A stretch of 64,000 bases of DNA from Candidatus Thorarchaeota archaeon (GTDB lineage: Archaea > Asgardarchaeota > Thorarchaeia > Thorarchaeales > Thorarchaeaceae): assembly GCA_048882385.1 (NCBI GenBank), contig JBHLRQ010000004.1, positions 1 to 64,000 of the forward strand, written 5' to 3'. Positions within the stretch are counted from its first letter, which is position 1. Every line of letters begins with the position of its first letter. The notes under the pieces were generated by a model. The model saw only the letters and a list, made by a program, of their open reading frames with translations. It was not told where the DNA came from and made no database searches. This document shows positions 1 through 9,516 of the stretch, in pieces. The translations under genes and the position numbers were made by a program.

Positions 1-54
1 GACATCCTTTCGCTTCGGGCGTTCACCTCATCCCTATTTTTGAAAGAAAACAGA

Positions 55-77
55 TAGAGGCGGCATACCGCACTCTA
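55..77 (-). terminator. Hairpin plus U-tract after the surface-protein gene
   Basis: Minus strand TAGAGTGCGG-TATG-CCGCCTCTA followed by TCTGTTTTCTTT, directly after the stop at 78. Confidence 0.6.
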
Positions 78-3000
78 TCATCGTTTCATACGGATTACAA
101 CAATCACCAATATAACTACGACACCAACTGTTCCAAGTACTATCCAGATTGTCATAAGTGGAATAGCGCCATTTCTAGGAGTAGTGGTGGTCGTTGTAGT
201 TGTTGTAGTGGGGGTTGTAGGAGGTTCTGTGACTGTAACTATCACACTATCACTCACAGTGTTACTCCCTTGATCAGCTAATACAATGGTGTAGTTGTAT
301 TCTCCTGCAGTCAGACCATCAGCATCGACTATAATTGGATCTGCACTAGAGGTCCAATCCCCAGTTTCTGTAGAAACATCATTAACAAAGACCTCATAGG
401 AAGCAGGATTCAGGTCGGAACCATGCCAAATGATGTTGTTTCCAGTTTCTCCAGCAACATACTCGATATCGTCAGGACTGTCAATGGTAGGACTGATTGT
501 GTCTACTGCATCAACAAGTACCATGTCTGAAACATGGTTGCCAGCTCCATCATACACCACTATTGTTAGGTTGTGAGTTCCTACAACCAGTGGATCTAGT
601 TCTACCTCTATAGGATCAAAACACCATGTCCGATTTGCAATGACGGTTCCATTCTGGTAGACAACAAAGCGACCAGGATAGTTGTCGGATGCTTGCCATG
701 CAATCTCATTACCTAAAGTGCCGGCTTCAAAGACTTCATCACCAGGACTATCAACGGTTGGTGTTGTACCATCAGTCAAAGAGATTGGGTATCTATCAAC
801 ACTAGACGACATGGAAATTGGATAGGTTCCAGGTCCCACATAATCACTCCAAGCATTTCCAGTTGTTACATTATCATCCCAGAGATTGTCGGTTCCACCA
901 TCTGCGGCATTTCCAATACCATTCCATCCAATTTCGTTCCAGTATACCATAATGTTAGTAGCAGAAAGGCTACTCAACATCACACCATATCCACTATTAC
1001 TATAGACGGAGTTGTTGTGGATGACTCCATGAGTACCGGCAGAAATGAAAATCCCTGGTGCGCCAAATGTTTGATCCAAATAAGTCCCAGATACTACATT
1101 CGAGGAGATATTGAAGAAGTCAGCATTTCCAGCATAAACACCATATACAGCATTGCATGAGATATTGTTCTTATGAACAGTTATGTTGGTTCCTTCTAAT
1201 TGAAGCCCATATCGATTATGAGAAATTGAGTTGTATGATACTTCATCATAGGGACGAACCATCAATATAGGAGCAACTTGATTCTCAGGAATGCCTAGAC
1301 CGTTTCTACTGATTGAGTTGTTAAGATAGTCTGTTGATTCAGAATATGGACTATATATCGCAGAAAATGGATTATCATCGATTGCATTATCGATGATGGT
1401 TGTATTTGTTGATGAGATCAGTTGGAGTCCATAATACGAGTTTTGCTTCACAGTTGCACCTTCTAGGGAACAGTTAGTGGTCAAAACGAATGTCACTCCA
1501 GAACTAACATCAGAAAAGTCCCCACCAACGATATTGACTCTACTTGAATTTGCAACCAATATTTGACCATAGAGATTCCCATCTACGGTCAAATCGGTTT
1601 CATTGAAGAAATAACCAAAGTGTTTACCATTGAGAGTGTTATGCTTCTCGATGAAGTAGTAGTCTGCCGCAGCAGGCATTCCCATTCCTACAACGAGTAT
1701 TCCGTTTCTCAGAAACACATTATTTGCAATCAGAGTTGAGGGAGATGCAGCTATCAGTAAACCAGCGCCTTGAGAATCAGATATATCACAATTAGTGACT
1801 CTAGCATTTTGGCTTCCGAATACCCAGACGCTAGCAGCAAAACCCAATAAACTGTGAAGACGCGAGTTGTCCTCAAGTACCATGTTGTTGAATGTGCAGT
1901 TAACGCTGGAAAGCATCATTGCACCAGCGAAATGATTTCCAGAGGATTTCGCATCGTCTATAGTACAATTTGTACTAAACGAAATGAAAACACCCAAAGA
2001 GGACTCGTTAAAATCACCCCCTGTTATAGAGCAGAACTTGGCTTCATGAAGAATGACCTGTCCATATGTCGATCCATCAATACTCAGATGTGTCTGATTC
2101 CAAACGTAAAGAATAGGTTTGCTGTTAATTATATCACCTGATGTTGTAAATCCAGGATTTCCAGGTATTAGGTTCTGAGGAAAGAAGCCACAACCAGACA
2201 ATATGTTGTTACTACAAACAATAGACTGAGGGCTCACTAAGAGTATACCGCTGATGGGACTATCATAGATTGTATTCTGTAGTACAGTACAATTTTGAGA
2301 GTTGGACATTTCTATTGCTGCTGGATAATACATGGTCCCTTCTGATCCATAGTTAAAATCATGGAGCGTGTTCTGATCAAGTGTGCAATTAGCAGAATAT
2401 TCGACCTTGATGCCTGTGAATGAGTTTGCCACTTCATTCTCAGTTACATTACAGAAGTAGGATTGCATTATGTGAATTCCATTTCCACGGTTGTTATCAT
2501 TTCCATCAATGTGGTTTTGTTCCACTTCACAATTATAGCTATATGTTAAATCCACACCTGAATTAACATTTCCTTCGATCTCATTGTCAACACACCAGGA
2601 ATCATTCACATAGTACAAATTCACAGCAGTTGTCTTGCCAGAAAAGATGTTAGAGCCAATGTAGGCATTTGTGACATTTTCGAGTGTGATGCCAACTGAA
2701 TAGTCATCGAATTCTGGCGCAAAATAGCAATTTGTGATTTTAAAGTAGGCTCTTGTGTTTCTGATTATAATACATTCGAGATTACTTGTGATATTCAAGT
2801 CATCAATGACGAACGGAGTTGTTTCTGAACCGTCTCCATCGAACCCTAGTGTTGTGAAATTATCATCATGATCAATTAGAATTGGACTGCTATCAGTATA
2901 GCTCATAACCCAACTAGTTTTCTGTTGAGTATTATCCTCGTGATAGAATCCAAATGGTTGAATAAAAAACGGGGATACTATCAAGAAACAAAGGATACCA

Positions 3001-3119
3001 AATAATACAGCTTTAATCTTCATTCTCATACTCCCTAACAAAGGAACAAACCATACCCTATTGTGATACCAGTAGATGTAACTGAAGTAAATATCTTCCG
3101 GAGAGTTATGAATCTGCAT
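78..3119 (-). CDS. Large cell-surface protein: parallel beta-helix (NosD/CASH-like) repeats, Ig-like repeats, Thr-rich linker, C-terminal TM anchor; real start probably ~3023-3029
   Basis: Repeated NCT/N-x-I-x-x-N units, signal-like MKIKAVLFGILCFLIV, PTTPTTTTTTT linker, hydrophobic C-terminus ending RMKR. Confidence 0.85.
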   Translation of the reverse strand: MQIHNSPEDIYFSYIYWYHNRVWFVPLLGSMRMKIKAVLFGILCFLIVSPFFIQPFGFYHEDNTQQKTSWVMSYTDSSPILIDHDDNFTTLGFDGDGSETTPFVIDDLNITSNLECIIIRNTRAYFKITNCYFAPEFDDYSVGITLENVTNAYIGSNIFSGKTTAVNLYYVNDSWCVDNEIEGNVNSGVDLTYSYNCEVEQNHIDGNDNNRGNGIHIMQSYFCNVTENEVANSFTGIKVEYSANCTLDQNTLHDFNYGSEGTMYYPAAIEMSNSQNCTVLQNTIYDSPISGILLVSPQSIVCSNNILSGCGFFPQNLIPGNPGFTTSGDIINSKPILYVWNQTHLSIDGSTYGQVILHEAKFCSITGGDFNESSLGVFISFSTNCTIDDAKSSGNHFAGAMMLSSVNCTFNNMVLEDNSRLHSLLGFAASVWVFGSQNARVTNCDISDSQGAGLLIAASPSTLIANNVFLRNGILVVGMGMPAAADYYFIEKHNTLNGKHFGYFFNETDLTVDGNLYGQILVANSSRVNIVGGDFSDVSSGVTFVLTTNCSLEGATVKQNSYYGLQLISSTNTTIIDNAIDDNPFSAIYSPYSESTDYLNNSISRNGLGIPENQVAPILMVRPYDEVSYNSISHNRYGLQLEGTNITVHKNNISCNAVYGVYAGNADFFNISSNVVSGTYLDQTFGAPGIFISAGTHGVIHNNSVYSNSGYGVMLSSLSATNIMVYWNEIGWNGIGNAADGGTDNLWDDNVTTGNAWSDYVGPGTYPISMSSSVDRYPISLTDGTTPTVDSPGDEVFEAGTLGNEIAWQASDNYPGRFVVYQNGTVIANRTWCFDPIEVELDPLVVGTHNLTIVVYDGAGNHVSDMVLVDAVDTISPTIDSPDDIEYVAGETGNNIIWHGSDLNPASYEVFVNDVSTETGDWTSSADPIIVDADGLTAGEYNYTIVLADQGSNTVSDSVIVTVTEPPTTPTTTTTTTTTTPRNGAIPLMTIWIVLGTVGVVVILVIVVIRMKR

Positions 3120-3377
3120 TTAGAAAGCTATTTGATGGATACACTCCAACTCAATAGATGTGGAGTATGAGTTGTTCTACCTGTATGTATGAGAATAATA
3201 TGTTTTCTTGAGAAAACGCTGCGGATAACGATGGTACATCAGCTCACTCATGCTTAGACTTATATACGTAAATAATAGCGCTTGGGGAAGCATTCTCCCT
3301 CGGCTGCTATTTTGCATATGTTTGACTATGTATATCGGCGGCCATATCTCAGAGGGAGCAATACAGGTGATCAATAA

Positions 3378-4322
3378 ATGGCTAGACCAGTGCGTGCCAA
3401 CACACAGTATCGGAAAGGAATGGCAGTTTGCTCCGTATGTGGTGGCAGTGATTTTTACGAAGACTTGACACGAGGTGAGAACATCTGCACTTCATGCGGA
3501 TGCGTATTGAACGAGAGGCTCTTAGACACAGGACCTGAGTGGAGAGCATTCACAGCAGAAGAGAGGAATGCCCGAGCCAGGACAGGCTCCCCAATGACAT
3601 TGACAATGGCAGACAAGGGTCTGGCAACTACAATTGGTTGGAGCGATAGAGACGCCAATGGAAGAGCGATTGCTGCTAGTAGTCGCGCTGCAATCTACAG
3701 GATGCGTAAGTGGCAAATCAGAACACTAGTTCACAGCTCCCAGCACCGAAATCTCAGTATTGCTATGAGTGAGATGGACAGGCTGACATCACAGCTTGGC
3801 GTCCCGCAGGAAACCAAAGAAACCTCAGCTCTGATCTATCGAAAAGCACTCAGTAGACGGCTTGTTAGGGGTAGAAGCATAGAAGGCATGGTGGCTGCAA
3901 CCATCTATCTCTCTTGCCGAATACACAAGATTCCAAGACAGCTTGATGAAATCGTAACTGAAGCAAGAGTCAACAGGAAGGAACTTGGACAGTGTGTCCG
4001 ACTAATCCTCAGAAATGTTGACGTGAAGGTTCCAATCCCTTCGGCCAATGATCTTATGCCAAGAATCTCAGCGGACCTAGGTCTTGATGGAAAGACAGTC
4101 CAGACTGCAATGAACATCATTAATGATGCTCGTGAAAGAGGTATTACAGCAGGCAAGGACCCAGGTGGTCTAGCTGCAGCTGCACTCTACATTGCAGGTA
4201 TCATTGAGGATGACAGACGCACTCAGAGAGAGATTGCTGAGGCATCTAATGTCACAGAGGTCACTGTCCGTAACAGATACAAGGATTTGGCTAACAGCCT
4301 TCAGATTACAATCAAACCATAG
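3378..4322 (+). CDS. tfb: Transcription initiation factor IIB (TFB)
   Basis: CxxC..CxxC zinc ribbon, DTGPEWRAF B-reader, two cyclin repeats, QREIAEASNVTEVTVRNRYK. Confidence 0.97.
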   Translation: MARPVRANTQYRKGMAVCSVCGGSDFYEDLTRGENICTSCGCVLNERLLDTGPEWRAFTAEERNARARTGSPMTLTMADKGLATTIGWSDRDANGRAIAASSRAAIYRMRKWQIRTLVHSSQHRNLSIAMSEMDRLTSQLGVPQETKETSALIYRKALSRRLVRGRSIEGMVAATIYLSCRIHKIPRQLDEIVTEARVNRKELGQCVRLILRNVDVKVPIPSANDLMPRISADLGLDGKTVQTAMNIINDARERGITAGKDPGGLAAAALYIAGIIEDDRRTQREIAEASNVTEVTVRNRYKDLANSLQITIKP

Positions 4323-4362
4323 TGGTTGGGAAATCTTCCCAACTACTAATTTCCTATTTTTC
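4320..4362 (+). terminator. 13-bp hairpin plus T-rich tail after tfb
   Basis: TAGTGGTTGGGAA-ATC-TTCCCAACTACTA then ATTTCCTATTTTT. Confidence 0.65.
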
Positions 4363-4382
4363 CATTACATTCATTTGATTGA

Positions 4383-5156
4383 GTGAGCAGACGGTTTCAG
4401 ATTCAAATGAACCAGTTCATTCTCGCTCTATGTGGACTTCCTGCATCAGGAAAATCCAAGCTTGCAGATGCAATCCAGAAAGCTTTGGAATCTGAAGTGG
4501 TGATTGTTAGAACTGATGACTGGCGAGATGATACATACTACACCAACTGGAAACCAGAGAAGGAAAAGTCCGTAAGAGAAGCTGCACTGGATAGAGTAAG
4601 AGAACAGGTTTCTGAAGGAAAGAGTGTCATTCATGATGACACGAATTACTACACGAGTATGCGGCATGAGCTCTTTGAGATAGCTGTTGAGAACGGTATC
4701 GGATTTTCAATCATTCATGTTTCAACGACTGTGACAACTGCACTCCAATGGAATCGTGAGAGACCAAACTCAGACATACCAGAAAGTGTAATCGAGAATA
4801 TATCTGAGAGATTCGACATTCCTGGAAAGCGCTATCTCTGGGATAACTCAGACTTGGAGGTCGATATGGAAGCAGACGACCTGTCAGCGGTCATCCCTGA
4901 GATCATTACGATTCTCGAGGAGATTAGTCCAGCAAGAGAGCCAAAACCCATGTTAGTCACAAGTAATGAATTCGATAAACTAGACACTGTAACGCGTCAA
5001 GTTGTGTCGGAGTTTCTCAAAGAAAACCCTGGGCTCAGAGGAAAAAGACAGGTTTCAGTCATACGACGCGAATTCCTTAGAACAGCCATCGAAAGGAGAA
5101 TGCCTTTGAAAGGAGTCAAGCAGGTACTTCTCGAGAGGCTGAACAAGTTGCTCTGA
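4383..5156 (+). CDS. pstk: O-phosphoseryl-tRNA(Sec) kinase (start possibly 4407)
   Basis: Walker A CGLPASGKS, DDTNYYTSMR motif of the PSTK/KTI12 family, next to tRNA-Sec and SepSecS. Confidence 0.88.
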   Translation: MSRRFQIQMNQFILALCGLPASGKSKLADAIQKALESEVVIVRTDDWRDDTYYTNWKPEKEKSVREAALDRVREQVSEGKSVIHDDTNYYTSMRHELFEIAVENGIGFSIIHVSTTVTTALQWNRERPNSDIPESVIENISERFDIPGKRYLWDNSDLEVDMEADDLSAVIPEIITILEEISPAREPKPMLVTSNEFDKLDTVTRQVVSEFLKENPGLRGKRQVSVIRREFLRTAIERRMPLKGVKQVLLERLNKLL

Positions 5157-5167
5157 AGGAACCCATT

Positions 5168-5440
5168 ATGACGGATCTGTACTTCGAAGATTACGAACCT
5201 GGGAGGAAACGGGCTCGTGGGTGGGAGTGTCTGGGTTCGGTGGTGATTCTCTGTGCATTGATTATCGGATTTACTCTGTTCTTCATGCTTTACGCATACA
5301 TCTGGGTACATATAGTGGAATCCCTGGTGCAACACGTTTTCGAGTTGACAATTATAGGTATGATCATAATTTTCTTGATTACGGTGTATGTGTGGAACAA
5401 TAGAAATTTGGAGAGAAGAAAGATTATGGCGGCCTCCTAA
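5168..5440 (+). CDS. Small hypothetical membrane protein, 2 TM
   Basis: 90-aa ORF 11 nt after pstk with two hydrophobic segments. Confidence 0.65.
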   Translation: MTDLYFEDYEPGRKRARGWECLGSVVILCALIIGFTLFFMLYAYIWVHIVESLVQHVFELTIIGMIIIFLITVYVWNNRNLERRKIMAAS

Positions 5441-5517
5441 GAGAATCGAACTCTCAACGCTTGCACGTTCATGGGTTTGAAGCCCACGGAACCAGACCAC
5501 CGGTCCTGTAGAAGGCC
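5427..5517 (-). tRNA. selC: tRNA-Sec (anticodon UCA)
   Basis: Minus strand folds as 9-bp acceptor GGCCTTCTA/TAGGAGGCC, 7-bp D-stem with UGGU loop, 6-bp anticodon stem with CU-UCA-AA loop, long variable arm AACGT-GCAA-GCGTT, 4-bp T-stem, G73 and encoded CCA (9/4 fold). Confidence 0.96.
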
Positions 5518-5560
5518 AGATTAGTATACGATTCAAGGAAAAGAGCTGGTGCAATCGAAT

Positions 5561-6208
5561 CTAAATGTAACGGCATATGACTTCGTGAGTTTCTCGTTTC
5601 CACTCAATGCTCTTCTTTGCAAGCTCTGAAGCGATATTACCAGGCATTGTTTTATCACGGGGAAGTGATTCGATCTTTGTCAACCATGCGGCAGTAGTTA
5701 GAGTGAGTGGAGGTACTCCGTCCTCCCCTTCTGTTGCCTTTATCATCATCTCTCTACCGTGTGCTACTTGAATATACACATCGTTTACTGGAGCCTTATT
5801 CAGAATTTCTCGGACCACTCTGTCCCAGCAAGTCTTTGCCACGAGAGCTCTCCTAAGTTTTGTCTTGTCCTCTTCAGGCAATGACTGATACTTTTCTAGA
5901 GCAGCACGCATCGCTTCAATATGATCATCAAGATAAACAGCTAAAGCTACCTCATCTTGTCCTAGAGCGATCAGCTCCATTGATGATCTCGACTCAGTGA
6001 CATTGATGATGACATTTGCCTCCTCGCCAGCGATTCTTAGTGAGAATTTAGCGGAACCTTGAAAATCTTGGCTCTCCGCCTCACTATGCTCTTCCAATAT
6101 CAAATTTGGTTTGGATGCGACCACGTACCAAGCAAGCCTGAATATGACCGCTGGTTCATCGCTGCTGAAGTTCAGTGTTCGAGAGACCTCTGCCATTTCG
6201 TCGTTCAA
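5561..6208 (-). CDS. Hypothetical protein within the selB-sepSecS-selC unit
   Basis: 215-aa ORF with GGGAGG RBS, 31 nt after sepSecS on the same strand. Confidence 0.8.
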   Translation of the reverse strand: MNDEMAEVSRTLNFSSDEPAVIFRLAWYVVASKPNLILEEHSEAESQDFQGSAKFSLRIAGEEANVIINVTESRSSMELIALGQDEVALAVYLDDHIEAMRAALEKYQSLPEEDKTKLRRALVAKTCWDRVVREILNKAPVNDVYIQVAHGREMMIKATEGEDGVPPLTLTTAAWLTKIESLPRDKTMPGNIASELAKKSIEWKRETHEVICRYI

Positions 6209-6239
6209 CTATCTTGCCCTCCCTCAGGGAGTTCATTGT

Positions 6240-7559
6240 TTATTTACTGGCTTCCTTATAGAGTTTGGTTGTTGCTGTCTCTATATCAATTTTTGAGGCG
6301 CCAATGGCTGCGTTCATTACAATATAGCTATGTGGATAATTATCTACTGATGAACCAGCTCCACCTTTTTCGATTGCTCGTGGACCAGTTACTCGTGCAT
6401 TGTAGAGTCTGGCTCCAATCTCTATTACATCCAACCCATCCATGGTAATCGCACAGGCTACTGGATTCCATACTGAGAGTACTCTCTGACCTAACTTTTC
6501 AGCTATCTCATCCATCCTCTTGTCTAGCATAGCTTTGTTATCGAGCTGTTCCTTTTGCAGGTCTTTGTAAGTGTCAAATCCAATTGCAAGTAGTGCAGCT
6601 AGAGTCTGAACAACAGGCGCTGCTGTAGCACGACCTGCATAGGTATCTGCAATAGAATCTGTGAAGTCCTTTTTCGGAGTGACTACGACAGCTGCACCAA
6701 CAGGCGCAAGGAAATTCTTGTCACTGCTCTGTACAACTGCATCGACTCTACCTGCGTCAATAGCGGCACGAATTTCACTCATCACTTTTTGAGACTGCAC
6801 ACCGTATGCATTATTGATTATTAGTGGAGTATCAGTTTCTGCACATATTTTTGAGATATCCTTCACTGGATCTGATAATCGTGGTGGAAAGAAGGTGGTC
6901 GTGGCTAGAACTGCAGTTGAATTACTCTTCTTGATTTCCTTCTCGAGGATACCAAAGTCAACTTGGACTGAATCAGCATCTATCAATGTTGGAATTGTCT
7001 TCTCCTCAAGCCCACTTAATGCAATGGCTCTCTTCGGTGATGTGTGATCTATTCGAGGATAGAGGACACGCTTCACTCCGTACTCTCTCCTAAGAGCTCC
7101 GAGAACGAGAGAAATGGTCATGCCTGTAGAAAGTGGTGTAACTAGTCCAGCTTTCACATTACTCAAACCTAGCTTTCGTATTGCATCAAGAGCCACTTTA
7201 TTTGCCACTTGCTGCATCTGAGAAGCTCCAGGAGCCTTGGGTTGGGGTGCAGCAAGCCTTCCACTCCTCCCTATACCATGATTGAATCCAACCGATAACC
7301 GAGCCACATAGGGTGATGCAACTCTTGCCTCGCGCTCACCAACTCGTACCGCCTCAGGATCTTTGTCAGTGTCCAAGGAAGATAGGAGCTGAAACATCAT
7401 CTCAAGCTGGAGGTCAGTCAATCCTTTCTCAGGAAACTGGCGTCGATTAAGCACATCCTTTACTGGACCAAGCAATGAATCAACAGTTGTGCGACCTCGG
7501 CGCAGCATGTTCTCTGGAATTGTCTTCTCGAGAATACGATCAATCTCATCATCATCCAA
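6240..7559 (-). CDS. spcS: O-phosphoseryl-tRNA(Sec) selenium transferase (SepSecS)
   Basis: VGEREARV, HGIGRSG, QPKAPG, NNAYG and VQSSDKNF (PLP lysine) motifs. Confidence 0.96.
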   Translation of the reverse strand: MDDDEIDRILEKTIPENMLRRGRTTVDSLLGPVKDVLNRRQFPEKGLTDLQLEMMFQLLSSLDTDKDPEAVRVGEREARVASPYVARLSVGFNHGIGRSGRLAAPQPKAPGASQMQQVANKVALDAIRKLGLSNVKAGLVTPLSTGMTISLVLGALRREYGVKRVLYPRIDHTSPKRAIALSGLEEKTIPTLIDADSVQVDFGILEKEIKKSNSTAVLATTTFFPPRLSDPVKDISKICAETDTPLIINNAYGVQSQKVMSEIRAAIDAGRVDAVVQSSDKNFLAPVGAAVVVTPKKDFTDSIADTYAGRATAAPVVQTLAALLAIGFDTYKDLQKEQLDNKAMLDKRMDEIAEKLGQRVLSVWNPVACAITMDGLDVIEIGARLYNARVTGPRAIEKGGAGSSVDNYPHSYIVMNAAIGASKIDIETATTKLYKEASK

Positions 7560-8934
7560 AGCTGTATTCCTCCTCGGTTAATCTTTGATAGTATACATCT
7601 TCATTTTCTGTTACAGCATCCTCAAATTTGACAATGACTACTCCTCGTGTACCGAACGGTTGCCTAATAATACCAGTTACTCCTTTCTTTGAATACACTG
7701 ATGCATGAACCAGACGTTCTGCAATCTCCTTTCTTGACGCCAATCCCGAAACCAGCACATCATTTTCACGAATTCGGTGAACCTTTCCAGTCCTGACTCT
7801 TGGACGCAGGAGTTTGACTTTTTGGGGAATATGTGTGGCTTCTCCTGCTCCAACAATTCTCATTTGTGTAGGAGGTAGATCTGTCCGATGCAAGAGAATC
7901 TTGGTTCCAACTCGAATAGAAACTGGTTTTTGTAAGAGAACTGCAGCAGCGAAAATGTCACTATTGGGTTCATCCACGACGATGCCTCTCTCATCCAGAG
8001 GAATAATCTGCCCTGTGACTGATGGCATACCAACTGATATGCTGACGATCATTCTTCGAGTAATCCTGCCTTGATATAATGGGTTTCTCTGTAACTTTGC
8101 TATGAATCCTGATGATGATGGAATACTCCCTATTGTGCATAGATAGTCCCCTCTAGTAATTTCAGAGTCATCAACATTTGGAATATTAATCCCGACACGG
8201 TCTCCAGCTGAAGCAGTTTCACGTTCTACACTAAAAGTCTGTATGGATCGTATTCGGCTTTTCTTTTTGAGGGGTGCAACCTCCACAGAATCACCAATCT
8301 TGACATTTCCTTGGAGTATAGTTCCTGTCACAACTGTTCCGTGACCCTTGATTGGAAAAGCATGGTCTATTGGCAGAATAAACGGACCGTCTGTATGTCG
8401 TGCCTTTGGTCTGATTATTTGTTTGAGTGCATCTTTGAGCTCGTTTATACCTTGATTGGTCTTAGCTGATACTCTGACAATCTTTGCGTCTGGAAATGAT
8501 GTGTCTGCAAGAATTGAACGAATCTTGGTTTCAACTTTCGTTAGTTGTGATTCGGCAACTATGTCAGTCTTTGTGAGAGCAACTACTAGAGAAGCAACAT
8601 CCATCGATTGAAGAACAACAATATGTTCGCCAGTCTGTATCATAGGTCCTTCATCAGCAGCAATCACGAGAATGGCAGCATCAATAATGCTTGCTCCTGC
8701 AACTACACTTCGAATCAGGTCAGCGTGCCCAGGGGCATCAACCAACGTCACCATAAACTTGTCCATTTCAAACATTGTGAAACCGAGATCAATGGTGATT
8801 CCACGTTGTTTTGCTTGCGGATGCTTGTCCAATCCTGCCGTGGAAACCTTCGAACTCAGTGCTTTAGCAAGAGCTGTCTTCCCATGATCTATGTGACCCA
8901 TGAGTCCCACATGGACTGGGACAAGATTCTCCAT
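7552..8934 (-). CDS. selB: Selenocysteine-specific elongation factor (archaeal SelB/EFSec type)
   Basis: GHIDHGKT, RGITIDLGF, DAPGHADL, DHAFPIKGHGTV; short archaeal/eukaryotic-type domain IV (PFGTRG); overlaps the sepSecS start. Confidence 0.96.
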   Translation of the reverse strand: MENLVPVHVGLMGHIDHGKTALAKALSSKVSTAGLDKHPQAKQRGITIDLGFTMFEMDKFMVTLVDAPGHADLIRSVVAGASIIDAAILVIAADEGPMIQTGEHIVVLQSMDVASLVVALTKTDIVAESQLTKVETKIRSILADTSFPDAKIVRVSAKTNQGINELKDALKQIIRPKARHTDGPFILPIDHAFPIKGHGTVVTGTILQGNVKIGDSVEVAPLKKKSRIRSIQTFSVERETASAGDRVGINIPNVDDSEITRGDYLCTIGSIPSSSGFIAKLQRNPLYQGRITRRMIVSISVGMPSVTGQIIPLDERGIVVDEPNSDIFAAAVLLQKPVSIRVGTKILLHRTDLPPTQMRIVGAGEATHIPQKVKLLRPRVRTGKVHRIRENDVLVSGLASRKEIAERLVHASVYSKKGVTGIIRQPFGTRGVVIVKFEDAVTENEDVYYQRLTEEEYSFG

Positions 8935-9019
8935 TTCACTGCCTCAGCTGAGTGAGATGGTTTCTTGCATAAAACCATTGTCAGAGTAGTTTATTGGGGA
9001 GAGTGTACAGTGAAAATAC

Positions 9020-9421
9020 ATGGTGTCACGTTCGCTTGAGAAGATGATGCTCATTGCCATAGGTCTCTCCACAGCAGTAATTGTAGGTGTTCCAGTACTA
9101 ATGTATGCAATTGATACAATCACTGTAACTTCCTATCTAGAAGACGCACAAACAGTGGCAGAACAGATTCATAACACCACGAGGCAGATTGATCTCGGTA
9201 CGGTTGACAATGCCACAATTCAGGTGCAAATCCCAGAAGGAGTCACTGTAAGCGCAGTAGGATCTTCATTGCAGATACTTTTCGATTATCAAAGTTCTGA
9301 AACCCAATCATGGATAGAAACATACGACCACCCTATACTGATTACGCCAATTACGGAAGCTGGTAACTACTTGATGTATTTCTTCATAGAAGCAGGTGTA
9401 ATTCACATCACATACTCATAG
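9020..9421 (+). CDS. Hypothetical protein, possibly archaeal pilin-like (N-terminal TM, beta-rich C-terminus)
   Basis: Short charged leader, hydrophobic helix, then beta-strand pattern. Confidence 0.6.
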   Translation: MVSRSLEKMMLIAIGLSTAVIVGVPVLMYAIDTITVTSYLEDAQTVAEQIHNTTRQIDLGTVDNATIQVQIPEGVTVSAVGSSLQILFDYQSSETQSWIETYDHPILITPITEAGNYLMYFFIEAGVIHITYS

Positions 9422-9516
9422 AAGCAGTTTTGATAGGTCAATGTGAGTCCAGCACAACGTTTTTAATCTAGGCTCAGGTTCACGCCGCCAACACCACCTG
9501 GTGAGGACTGAATGTA

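Noticed and set aside
181-222. GTN-repeat tract as a tandem repeat or CRISPR
   Set aside because: Encodes the Thr/Pro linker of the surface protein
3143-3172. Imperfect inverted repeat ACTC-NN-ACTC-N10-GAGT-NN-GAGT between divergent genes
   Set aside because: Single occurrence; too weak to call an operator
4997-5554. 185-aa minus-strand ORF
   Set aside because: Runs through tRNA-Sec and antisense to pstk; not protein-like
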